A DNA stretch of 32,000 nt from an uncultured Alphaproteobacteria bacterium (GTDB lineage Bacteria; Pseudomonadota; Alphaproteobacteria; Rs-D84; CACZYB01), in contig CAKQHZ010000001.1 in assembly GCA_934246625.1 (NCBI GenBank), positions 60,001 through 92,000 of the forward strand, in the 5' to 3' direction. Below the pieces are notes generated by a model. It saw only the letters and a list, made by a program, of their open reading frames with translations, was not told the DNA's origin and did no database searches. The position numbers and the translations under genes are program-made. Of the stretch, positions 20,554 to 27,238 are shown piece by piece; position 1 is the first letter of the stretch; each line of letters begins with the position of its first letter.

Positions 20554-21894
20554 TTAAAAGCGTTGAGTCATTGTAAATTCGATGGCGGATTTAGTATATT
20601 CATTTTGCCATACATTAGAATTTTTATCTGTATATGAGTAAGTAATTGTTGGTGAAAATCCGTATATATCAATTTTTTTATTTGCCAATGAAATTGAATA
20701 TTTTCGTATTATTGATTTTTCCTTTATATTCGTAAATGTAAAATCCTTTACAAATGACCTTTCGTTATCATAATTTATATATTGGATAGATGGTTCAACA
20801 TAAATATTGAATCCATAAGGAAGCTCTCCTCCAATACCAAGAGCATAATTTGACTTTGTATTTGTATAAATTTCATCTTGTGTATTTTCGTTTTCTATAC
20901 CAATTTTGAACCTTAAATATGATGAAGAATTTAAAATATATGAAAGTATGATATTTGAATTTATAATTTCACCATCAAGCATTTTATATTCGTCATAATG
21001 TGTTGGAATATAATTAAAACCAAAAAGCATTGAAAACCTTCGTGAAAAATCATAACTGGTTTGTAATTTAAAACCCAAAGTATCATTATACGATTTATGA
21101 CCTAACCATCGTTTTGACATAGTAAGGGCTGTCCAAATATCTCCTTTTGAATAAACATATTTTGGACCAGTTGAAAAAGAAACGTAAAGGTCGTCATATT
21201 TCTTTTTATCATACAAGGAACCAAATACGGCAAAATCATTTCTAAGTCGGAAATTATCACTTAATCTTGCTTCGTAATCTCCACCAAATGAAAGATTAAA
21301 TCCAACTGATTTTTCAGGTTCTGGAAGCTCATTACATAAGATACCAAAAATTGTTGAAATACATTGACTTCCTGCTTGTGCATTATTGATATTATTATCT
21401 GGGGCGATACCCATATTAAACCAAAAATTATAGTTTTTGTTTTGCCTTATGATAAACAACATTCTTTTAATGTTTTCATTTACGACTTCTGGAATATCCT
21501 CGGAAGATGCAAGGCGAAGATTATAATCTGCTTTTAACCAAGAGTGATTAAGCATATATGTTGTTGCAAGTTCCATTCTTACCCTTGCAAGATTTGGGTA
21601 ATCATTTAAAATTGAGCGAAAATATTTTATTGCTGTATCAAAATCGTCTTCATATTTGGCAATTTGTCCTAATAAAAATAAACGTTCTATTTCAAATTCT
21701 TTTTCATCAAAAGTAATGTTTTGAAGAAGAAGTTTTGCCTCATCTATTTTACCACTTTCAAAAAAACTCCTTGTAAGTTTGATTATTTCAGGAGGGCTTA
21801 GTTTTACTTCTGTTTGCAAAGAAGTATCATTTGTATTTGATGCAAATGTCGGAAATGATAGCAAACAAAATAATATTATAAAAAATTTATACAT
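20554..21894 (-). CDS. Outer-membrane TPR + beta-barrel protein of DUF560 / Slam / NilB (type 11 secretion system) architecture
   Basis: Signal peptide MYKFFIILFCLLSFPTFA. N-terminal TPR-like helices (GKIDEAKLLLQNI; LLGQIAKYEDDFDTAIKYFRSILNDYPNLARVRMELATTY). About 290 aa of amphipathic beta-strand sequence ending in the aromatic OMP beta-signal ...AIEFTMTQRF. C-terminal GFSPTITYSYTDKNSNV resembles the DUF560 family end as recalled. Confidence 0.6.
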   Translation of the reverse strand: MYKFFIILFCLLSFPTFASNTNDTSLQTEVKLSPPEIIKLTRSFFESGKIDEAKLLLQNITFDEKEFEIERLFLLGQIAKYEDDFDTAIKYFRSILNDYPNLARVRMELATTYMLNHSWLKADYNLRLASSEDIPEVVNENIKRMLFIIRQNKNYNFWFNMGIAPDNNINNAQAGSQCISTIFGILCNELPEPEKSVGFNLSFGGDYEARLSDNFRLRNDFAVFGSLYDKKKYDDLYVSFSTGPKYVYSKGDIWTALTMSKRWLGHKSYNDTLGFKLQTSYDFSRRFSMLFGFNYIPTHYDEYKMLDGEIINSNIILSYILNSSSYLRFKIGIENENTQDEIYTNTKSNYALGIGGELPYGFNIYVEPSIQYINYDNERSFVKDFTFTNIKEKSIIRKYSISLANKKIDIYGFSPTITYSYTDKNSNVWQNEYTKSAIEFTMTQRF

Positions 21895-21964
21895 CTCACC
21901 CTCTTGTTTAGGATTATATACATATAAATTTTATTTTTCTATATTTTATTTACAGATACAGGTA

Positions 21965-21992
21965 TTGACAAAATTAAACCTAACATTATAAT
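21965..21992 (+). promoter_or_regulatory. Near-consensus sigma70 promoter
   Basis: TTGACA (21965-21970), a 16-nt spacer, then TATAAT (21987-21992), 29 nt upstream of the 54-aa ORF start. Confidence 0.5.
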
Positions 21993-22020
21993 AAAAATAT
22001 ACAAATAAAAGGATAACAAT

Positions 22021-22185
22021 ATGGATAAAATGACAAAAAAGTTATTGATTCAAACATTAAAGGAAAAAGAAATTGCACTTAGCAAATCTATTGTTCCTCT
22101 TGAAAGAACAAGGTTAAGAGTTCAAATTGAAGAATTGAAAAATAAAATTGCAACACTTTCAAATGCCTCTGAAAAACAAAGATAA
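22021..22185 (+). CDS. Small hypothetical coiled-coil protein (54 aa), below the ORF-track cutoff
   Basis: Hand translation: MDKMTKKLLIQTLKEKEIALSKSIVPLERTRLRVQIEELKNKIATLSNASEKQR. AAAGGA lies 7 nt upstream of the ATG. Sits directly behind the near-consensus promoter. Confidence 0.45.
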   Translation: MDKMTKKLLIQTLKEKEIALSKSIVPLERTRLRVQIEELKNKIATLSNASEKQR

Positions 22186-22315
22186 TCGACTTTTATAAAT
22201 GGGAAAAGAAAATAAGAATATCTTCCTCTTGTATTTCTTCTTATTTTCTAGTATAAGTTGTAATATATTGTATGAGATTGTCGTAAGAGAGAGTTATAAT
22301 CAAAGGAGTTGTGTT

Positions 22316-22549
22316 ATGGATACAGAACATTCTAAAATCTGGGGGACTATTGACAAGATTGCATACATAAACGGTATTTCTGTTTCTGCTTTGGCTAAAA
22401 AGGCAGGTCTTGATGCTACAGCATTTAATAAGAGTAAGAGGTTTTATCCTAGTGGCAAGTTCAGATGGCCATCTACGGAGAGTATTTGTAAGGTTATGAG
22501 GGCTACCGGTCTTTCTTGGGAGCAATTCTCTAAGTATTTAGAGGGGTAG
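22316..22549 (+). CDS. HTH-only transcriptional regulator resembling the N-terminal DNA-binding domain of cI/LexA-like (S24) repressors
   Basis: MDTEHSKIWGTIDKIAYINGISVSALAKKAGLDATAFNKSKRFYPSGKFRWPSTESICKVMRATGLSWEQF. The motif LD.T.FNKSKR....RWPSTES is typical of alphaproteobacterial phage-repressor-like N-domains (recalled). Strong RBS AAAGGAG 7 nt before ATG 22316. The 116-aa track ORF from 22199 is judged an upstream over-extension. Confidence 0.75.
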   Translation: MDTEHSKIWGTIDKIAYINGISVSALAKKAGLDATAFNKSKRFYPSGKFRWPSTESICKVMRATGLSWEQFSKYLEG

Positions 22550-22580
22550 AAATAGAAAGAACCAATTATGTAGAATTACC

Positions 22581-22611
22581 ACAAGAGGATATAACTCCTC
22601 TTGTGTTTTTT
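22581..22611 (+). terminator. Rho-independent terminator after the HTH gene
   Basis: Stem ACAAGAGGA (22581-22589), loop TATAAC, stem TCCTCTTGT (22596-22604), followed by GTTTTTT. Overlaps the stop codon of the convergent 22610-23161 gene. Confidence 0.6.
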
Positions 22612-23161
22612 AGCGATTGTTTGAGTTAACTTTTGAAAGAGCTATTTGAGCTTGTTCTTCATTATATTTTTTCTGTGCATAGTCGTAATACTTTGTTAAA
22701 ACATCTCCATATTTTTCAAAAAAATATGAAAACTCTTCTGTTGCTTTTAATTCTTCTAAGCTATGACCATCTTTTATCCAATAGTAAAATTCTGTTGTAT
22801 ATGCAACTTGCTCTAATGCTTGGGTTGGATATGGTTGCAAAGACATAAGTGTTTTTGTATTTAATTTTGCAATTTGAGTTAAATAAGCATGGCATTTTTC
22901 GTGAATTACATTATATGTTGGATCGTTTTCAATGTCATATCCTGGTCGAATATGTATTGTATTTGTTTTGGCATCATACTCACTGTTTTTTGTAACTAAT
23001 GGATCATTCCAAGTTGGGTGATTGGGGTCTTGAACTATTTTAGGGTGAGCTTCTTCAAGTTGTTGTAAAGTTAGGATTGCATTGTCTGCATTTATTCCCC
23101 ATTTTTTTTCATCAATAAAATCTTTTGCTGTATTATATAGTTTTTCTAATATAGATGTCAT
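22610..23161 (-). CDS. Hypothetical cytoplasmic protein with HExxH motif (possible small zinc metallopeptidase)
   Basis: 183-aa ORF with RBS AAGGAG 7 nt before the ATG. Contains TYNVIHEKCHAYLTQ; the HExxH context resembles the LLHEMxHAY motif of SprT/Wss1-like peptidases. No signal peptide. Confidence 0.55.
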   Translation of the reverse strand: MTSILEKLYNTAKDFIDEKKWGINADNAILTLQQLEEAHPKIVQDPNHPTWNDPLVTKNSEYDAKTNTIHIRPGYDIENDPTYNVIHEKCHAYLTQIAKLNTKTLMSLQPYPTQALEQVAYTTEFYYWIKDGHSLEELKATEEFSYFFEKYGDVLTKYYDYAQKKYNEEQAQIALSKVNSNNR

Positions 23162-23289
23162 TTATGTTCTCCTTTTATTTATTATATACTAAACCCCGCC
23201 GATTTCAGCGATTTTGCATCTACAAAAAGGATGGTTTATATGATATAGAGATTAGAGGTAAAGAGGGAGGATATAAGTGTATAAATTTA

Positions 23290-23318
23290 TTGACATTTTG
23301 GGATATTATTCATAATAT
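23290..23318 (+). promoter_or_regulatory. Orphan sigma70-like promoter with no downstream ORF
   Basis: TTGACA (23290-23295), a 17-nt spacer, then TAATAT (23313-23318). It points toward the bidirectional terminator at 23467-23492. Confidence 0.4.
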
Positions 23319-23324
23319 GAATAC

Positions 23325-23492
23325 ATATTAAATCTAGACGATCGTTTTTGTAGAGCGAACTTTCAATAAAATATTTAATAGTAAAATCAAAGCATTAAAA
23401 ACTCTACTGATATTTGTTTATCCAATAGATACACATACTAACAAAAACTAAATTTTCATTGATAATAAAAAAGCTCCCGAAGGAGCATTTTT
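23325..23492 (+). ncRNA. Candidate small RNA of about 170 nt (promoter-to-terminator unit, no ORF)
   Basis: Defined only by the orphan promoter at 23290-23318 and the GCTCC-CGAA-GGAGC hairpin followed by ATTTTTGATTTTT. No ORF longer than a few codons. No known RNA family recognised. Confidence 0.2.
23467..23492. terminator. Bidirectional rho-independent terminator downstream of the tRNA
   Basis: GCTCC (23473-23477), loop CGAA, GGAGC (23482-23486). Flanked by A6 on the left (U6 for the minus-strand tRNA transcript) and ATTTTT on the right (plus strand). Confidence 0.65.
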
Positions 23493-23498
23493 GATTTT

Positions 23499-23575
23499 TG
23501 GTGGCGCCCCCCAGACTCGAACTGGGGACCTGCGGATTATGATTCCGTCGCTCTAACCAACTGAGCTAGGGCGCC
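23499..23575 (-). tRNA. tRNA with CAT anticodon (elongator tRNA-Met or lysidine-modified tRNA-Ile2), CCA encoded
   Basis: Reverse complement GGCGCCCTAGCTCAGTTGGTTAGAGCGACGGAATCATAATCCGCAGGTCCCCAGTTCGAGTCTGGGGGGCGCCACCA folds as a 77-nt cloverleaf. It has a 7-bp acceptor stem, GCTC/GAGC D stem, CCCAG/CTGGG T stem with TTCGAGT loop, and anticodon loop ATCATAA. Not an initiator: G1:C72 is paired and there is no triple G:C in the anticodon stem. Confidence 0.93.
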
Positions 23576-23587
23576 AAAGATTGTTCT

Positions 23588-23616
23588 ATAATATATTAAA
23601 ACTTTTAAATTGTCAA
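23588..23616 (-). promoter_or_regulatory. Putative promoter of the tRNA gene
   Basis: On the minus strand, TTGACA (23611-23616), a 17-nt spacer, then TATTAT (23588-23593), 12 nt upstream of tRNA position 1. Confidence 0.55.
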
Positions 23617-23628
23617 TATACTTTTATT

Positions 23629-23651
23629 AAAAAAATCCCCCTATCAGGGGG
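23629..23651 (-). terminator. Rho-independent terminator ending the decarboxylase-antiporter-porin-peroxiredoxin operon
   Basis: Minus strand CCCCCT-GAT-AGGGGG (23637-23651) followed by ATTTTTTT, beginning 4 nt after the peroxiredoxin stop. Confidence 0.7.
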
Positions 23652-23654
23652 TGG

Positions 23655-24392
23655 TTATTTTTCATCTTTGTTTATCATAATTTTCTTTAATACTCGTTCC
23701 TTTGGTAAGGTCTTTGTGCATAAAAACCAATCATAACAATTTTTATCATCACTTTCCAAAGCTGTTTTTGCTCCAAGACAAGTATTTTCAGTTGGAATTA
23801 TAACATTATCCCCTATTTCCCAATTTGCAGGTGTTGAGACCTTAAATCCATCTGATGTTTGAAGTGCCATCACAGTTCTTTTTATTTCCTCTAAATTTCT
23901 TCCTATTGAAGATGGATAATAAAAAATTGCTCGGACTTTGGAATCTGGATCAATTATAAAAACTGCTCTTATTGTCTTTGTATCATTTGAAGTTTCATGT
24001 ATCATTCCATACTTTTTTGCAATATCCATTTTTAAATCTGAAATAAGTGGGAACTTTACACAAACTCCTTTTAACCCTTTGTATTCAATTTTTTCCTTTA
24101 TAGTTCTTAACCATGCAATATGACTTGGAACTCCATCAATAGAAAGACCTATCAATTCAGTATTTATCTGTTTAAATTCATCCATCATATTTGCAAACAT
24201 TATAAATTCTGTTGTGCAAACTGGTGTAAAATCTCCTGGATGAGAAAAAAGTATTACCCATTTACCCTTATAATCATTTGGAAAATTTATTTTGCCCTGA
24301 GTTGTATCTGCTTCAAAAGATGGTGCCAAACTTCCAATAATAGGAAATGTAAAATTTTGCATTGTTTCGTCCATTGTATCAAATCCTTTCAT
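23655..24392 (-). CDS. Peroxiredoxin, Prx6-like (PVCTTE type)
   Basis: GKWVILFSHPGDFTPVCTTEF contains the peroxidatic-Cys motif typical of the Prx6/1-Cys-like subgroup. The first ATG overlaps the porin stop (TAATG). An alternative start at Met7 (24372-24374) has AAAGGA 9 nt upstream. Confidence 0.9.
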   Translation of the reverse strand: MKGFDTMDETMQNFTFPIIGSLAPSFEADTTQGKINFPNDYKGKWVILFSHPGDFTPVCTTEFIMFANMMDEFKQINTELIGLSIDGVPSHIAWLRTIKEKIEYKGLKGVCVKFPLISDLKMDIAKKYGMIHETSNDTKTIRAVFIIDPDSKVRAIFYYPSSIGRNLEEIKRTVMALQTSDGFKVSTPANWEIGDNVIIPTENTCLGAKTALESDDKNCYDWFLCTKTLPKERVLKKIMINKDEK

Positions 24393-25654
24393 TAAAACAT
24401 AAATGTTGTTCTTATACTTGCAACTGTTGCTGTGTTTTGATTTCTATCAAGTGCTGGTTTTATATAAAACTGTATATCTGGTGTTATAGTTAAGTAATTA
24501 CCGATACCCCAAGCCCAATATGTTTCCAACACTGTTTCATATTTACGAGCAGTATCCCCAACAACATCTTTGTTTGCCTTGTTTAATGCAGTTGCAAAAC
24601 CGATTTGGTCAAGTGCATTTCTTCCCAGCGGGTTATTTACAACTCCACCTAAAACATAAGTTTGATTTATTTGTTCCGGTGAATTTTTTACACCTGAGAT
24701 TCTTCCAAATATAGCATAGGTATCACCCAAAGATTGTTCCCAATTAAATGAAAATCCATTTGAAGTTTGTGGTTGTTCCACAACAGATGGTTGATTAAAA
24801 ATAAGTAATGAGTATTGGGCATCTCCTAAATTAAGAAAAGTTGGGGTATAAGAAAGACTTACAAAACTTGTATATTTCCCCTTTCCAAAATCAGAAGAAC
24901 TTATTGAAGTGCCGTTCACATTATGTGCATCTTGCATACCAAGTGTAAGTTGCCATTCTGGATTCATTGTAAAAGTAAAATAGGCTCCTAAACTTGCAGT
25001 AGGATAACTTGATGTCGCATTTTGTGAAAGAGCATAATTTATAAAGTTAATTTGTTGATTTGATAAATATTCTGAACCATCAAAATTATATATTGGGAAT
25101 TGTCCAACTGTAAATGAAAGCCAACTTAAATTGCCCGCAAATTGATGAGTATAACTTAATTCATCAAAAGTATTTGATTTGCTTGTATAATCATTTATTT
25201 CAGAAAGCACATTTATATTGTTTGTAATATCTTGTGCAGAAGTTGAACTCCAATATCTGGTAGGTGTATATGCAGAATTTATTGTGCCAGTTCCATATTC
25301 TCCATTATAAATTTCCCATGAAATACTTGGATAAAATTGAAATTGCCATGATGTTCCCTTACCATTAGGAGCTCCTCTTTGCCCTAAAATAGAAGCATCA
25401 AGAGAATAAGATATTCCCGTATTTTTTTGAAAATCAGATTTGAACTGAGAATATCGATCATACCATGTTTCTTTTTGAACTTTCCTTTTCTTTTTATGAT
25501 TAGATTGTTTTGGCTTAACATTTGCATCTGTATCATATTCATATACATCAATCTCAACATCCTCTTCCTCTATATTTTGTGCAAATGTGATATTTGGGCA
25601 TAATAGAAAAGATAACAATAGCAATAAACTTTTATTTTTTTTACCTAATAACAT
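24392..25654 (-). CDS. OprB-family outer-membrane porin (AaxA-like by context)
   Basis: Signal peptide ...LLSFLLCPNITFA/QN. Beta-strand-rich sequence. C-terminus ETYWAWGIGNYLTITPDIQFYIKPALDRN...VASIRTTFMF matches the OprB-family end motif (E.Y....l.lqPd.Qy..nP ... R..f.F) as recalled. Terminal Phe. Confidence 0.7.
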   Translation of the reverse strand: MLLGKKNKSLLLLLSFLLCPNITFAQNIEEEDVEIDVYEYDTDANVKPKQSNHKKKRKVQKETWYDRYSQFKSDFQKNTGISYSLDASILGQRGAPNGKGTSWQFQFYPSISWEIYNGEYGTGTINSAYTPTRYWSSTSAQDITNNINVLSEINDYTSKSNTFDELSYTHQFAGNLSWLSFTVGQFPIYNFDGSEYLSNQQINFINYALSQNATSSYPTASLGAYFTFTMNPEWQLTLGMQDAHNVNGTSISSSDFGKGKYTSFVSLSYTPTFLNLGDAQYSLLIFNQPSVVEQPQTSNGFSFNWEQSLGDTYAIFGRISGVKNSPEQINQTYVLGGVVNNPLGRNALDQIGFATALNKANKDVVGDTARKYETVLETYWAWGIGNYLTITPDIQFYIKPALDRNQNTATVASIRTTFMF

Positions 25655-25674
25655 TTTGAAAACTCCTTTTGAAA

Positions 25675-25695
25675 GGGGGTGAAAATCCCCCCCCC
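25675..25695 (-). promoter_or_regulatory. Intercistronic hairpin containing a G9 (plus-strand C9) homopolymer
   Basis: GGGGG (25675-25679), TGAAAAT, then a 9-C run at 25687-25695. On the minus-strand mRNA this reads G9-AUUUUCA-CCCCC-UUUC. It sits between the antiporter stop (25704) and the porin RBS AAAGGAG. Confidence 0.4.
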
Positions 25696-25703
25696 ATTTT
25701 TTA

Positions 25704-27173
25704 TTACATCTTGATTATTCCACGAGCAAATATATATATTGCAACAACAGAGATTATTAAAATCACCCCAACAAGACATTTTTCATTTTTGGTAAAGACT
25801 GGATTTTTAAATGAAATCTCTTTTTTTGCCCACATATAAACTGGGATACCAATCGCAATAAATACAACTGCCATAAGAAGATATTTTAAACCTGCTGCAT
25901 AAATCAACCATAAGGCATATATTGTGCCAATTATAGAAGTGAAAAGTGCAAAGGCTCTTCCTATACCTGACTTGTTATCAAATTCACCATCTTCACAGAT
26001 TTTCCATAAATAACAAGTAGAAGCAAGATAAGCTGGTAAAACCATAACTCCTGTAATACTTAACATTGTATTCCAAGCATTATTTGAAAAATAAACAAGG
26101 AACATAGCAAGTTGCATTATTGCACTTGTTACCCAAAGTGAAACACTTGGTGCATCGTTTTTATTTGATGTTGCAAAAACCTTTGGAAAAGTTCCGTTTT
26201 GTGCCATTGCAAAAGGCATTTCAGTAACAATCATTGTCCATGCCAACCAGCTTGCAAGAACTGCTATCAATAAACCTATATTCATAAGCCATGCTCCCCA
26301 TGGACCTACTACGGCTCTAAGAATGCCTGCTGTTGATGGATTTGGTATTGTAGCAAGTTGTGCTTGGGATAAAAAGCCAAATGGGACAATAGAAAGTAAT
26401 ATATATATTATTAAACAACCCAAGAAACCTAATAATGTTGCTTTTGATACATCGGCTTGGCTTTTCGCACGATTAGAAAGAACAACTGCTCCTTCAATAC
26501 CAATAAAGGCCCAAAGAGTTACAAGCATTGTGCTTTTAAGTTGTGCTCCTATAGAACCCAAACTTTGTGTTTTTCCCATAATAGCTTCACCCCAGAAATC
26601 AAAATCAAACGTATCCATTTTGAATACAAATAATAAGATTATAATAAATAAAATAAGTGGAACGATTTTAAAAACTGTTGCTATTAAGTTGATAAATGTT
26701 GCCTGTTTTACCCCTTTTAATACAAGGTAGTTAAAACCCCATATTAAAATTGAACCACCGATAATTGAGTAAATATTATTTCCTCCTGTAAATACACCTG
26801 GGAAAAAATAATCAAGTGCGTCCATTGTTATAACCGCATAACCAACATTTCCAAAAATCTGGCAAAGCCAATAGCTCCACCCAATATTAAATCCCATATA
26901 GCTACCAAAACCTTCACGGCTATACATATAAACTCCAGATGTAAGTTTTGGTTTCACAACTGATAAAACACGAAAAGTATTTGCAATGAAATACATACCT
27001 ATACCTGTGATAATCCACGCAAGAATTACGGCACCTACAGATGCACTTTGCGCCATATTTTGAGGAAGGCTGTAAATTCCGCCTCCTATCATTGAACTTA
27101 TAACTATACCAGCAAGCCCAGCAACTCCTAAGACTCCTGCTGTGGCTTTTGTATTTGATTTTGATTTAAACAT
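25704..27173 (-). CDS. aaxC: APC-superfamily basic amino acid/polyamine antiporter (ArcD/AaxC-like; predicted arginine:agmatine exchanger by context)
   Basis: 489 aa, about 12-13 TM segments. SSMIGGGIYSLPQNMAQSASVGAVILAWIITGIGM and GVYMYSREGFGSYMGFNIGWSYW closely resemble the ArcD / arginine-antiporter family N-terminus (recalled). Lies immediately downstream of the pyruvoyl decarboxylase. Confidence 0.8.
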   Translation of the reverse strand: MFKSKSNTKATAGVLGVAGLAGIVISSMIGGGIYSLPQNMAQSASVGAVILAWIITGIGMYFIANTFRVLSVVKPKLTSGVYMYSREGFGSYMGFNIGWSYWLCQIFGNVGYAVITMDALDYFFPGVFTGGNNIYSIIGGSILIWGFNYLVLKGVKQATFINLIATVFKIVPLILFIIILLFVFKMDTFDFDFWGEAIMGKTQSLGSIGAQLKSTMLVTLWAFIGIEGAVVLSNRAKSQADVSKATLLGFLGCLIIYILLSIVPFGFLSQAQLATIPNPSTAGILRAVVGPWGAWLMNIGLLIAVLASWLAWTMIVTEMPFAMAQNGTFPKVFATSNKNDAPSVSLWVTSAIMQLAMFLVYFSNNAWNTMLSITGVMVLPAYLASTCYLWKICEDGEFDNKSGIGRAFALFTSIIGTIYALWLIYAAGLKYLLMAVVFIAIGIPVYMWAKKEISFKNPVFTKNEKCLVGVILIISVVAIYIFARGIIKM

Positions 27174-27185
27174 ATTTCCTCCTTA

Positions 27186-27220
27186 TAAAAATTGGGGAAG
27201 GCTTTTGGCATCACTTCCCC
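27186..27220 (-). terminator. Intercistronic terminator-like hairpin (possible attenuator) between decarboxylase and antiporter
   Basis: Minus strand GGGGAAG (27194-27200 on plus), a 13-nt loop, CTTCCCC (27214-27220), followed by AAUUUUUAU. This runs into the antiporter RBS AAGGAGG. Confidence 0.45.
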
Positions 27221-27238
27221 TTGTTTGCCCCGTTGTTT

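Noticed and set aside
22199-22315. The 5' extension of the HTH ORF (116-aa version starting at 22199), and antisense ORFs 22241-22525 and 22633-22848.
   Set aside because: The extension is hydrophobic and low complexity and contains the 11-bp inverted repeat. The internal ATG at 22316 has a strong AAAGGAG RBS and yields a protein matching family length.
23277-23315. A 12-codon GTG ORF behind a strong GAGGGAGGA Shine-Dalgarno-like sequence in the tRNA-proximal spacer.
   Set aside because: It is too short to support and has a non-ATG start. It overlaps the predicted orphan promoter, and there is no leader-peptide logic because no downstream gene is on that strand. It is noted only as a possibility if ribosome profiling shows occupancy.
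23306-23333. A dif-like or Xer-site-like palindrome, TAATATG-AATA-CATATTA. The right side, ACATATTAAAT, partly resembles the XerD arm TTATGTTAAAT.
   Set aside because: The left arm matches the XerC arm poorly. The central spacer is 4 nt rather than 6 nt in the palindromic register. A ribosomal-protein neighbourhood is normally origin-proximal rather than terminus-proximal. It is more simply explained as part of the -10 region of the orphan promoter.
21895-23575. A tRNA-targeted genomic island or prophage remnant next to tRNA-CAT.
   Set aside because: There is no integrase or recombinase ORF. I could find no direct repeat of the tRNA 3' end (for example CCAGACTCGAAC or TGGTGGCGCC) elsewhere in the window. 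It is treated only as an accessory islet of uncertain origin.
23938-24714. Plus-strand ORFs 23938-24123, 24120-24395 and 24520-24714 opposite the peroxiredoxin and porin genes. Also 26323-26730, 27330-27632 and 27416-27667 opposite the antiporter and decarboxylase genes.
   Set aside because: They are antisense to genes with clear family signatures and have no RBS or promoter signals.
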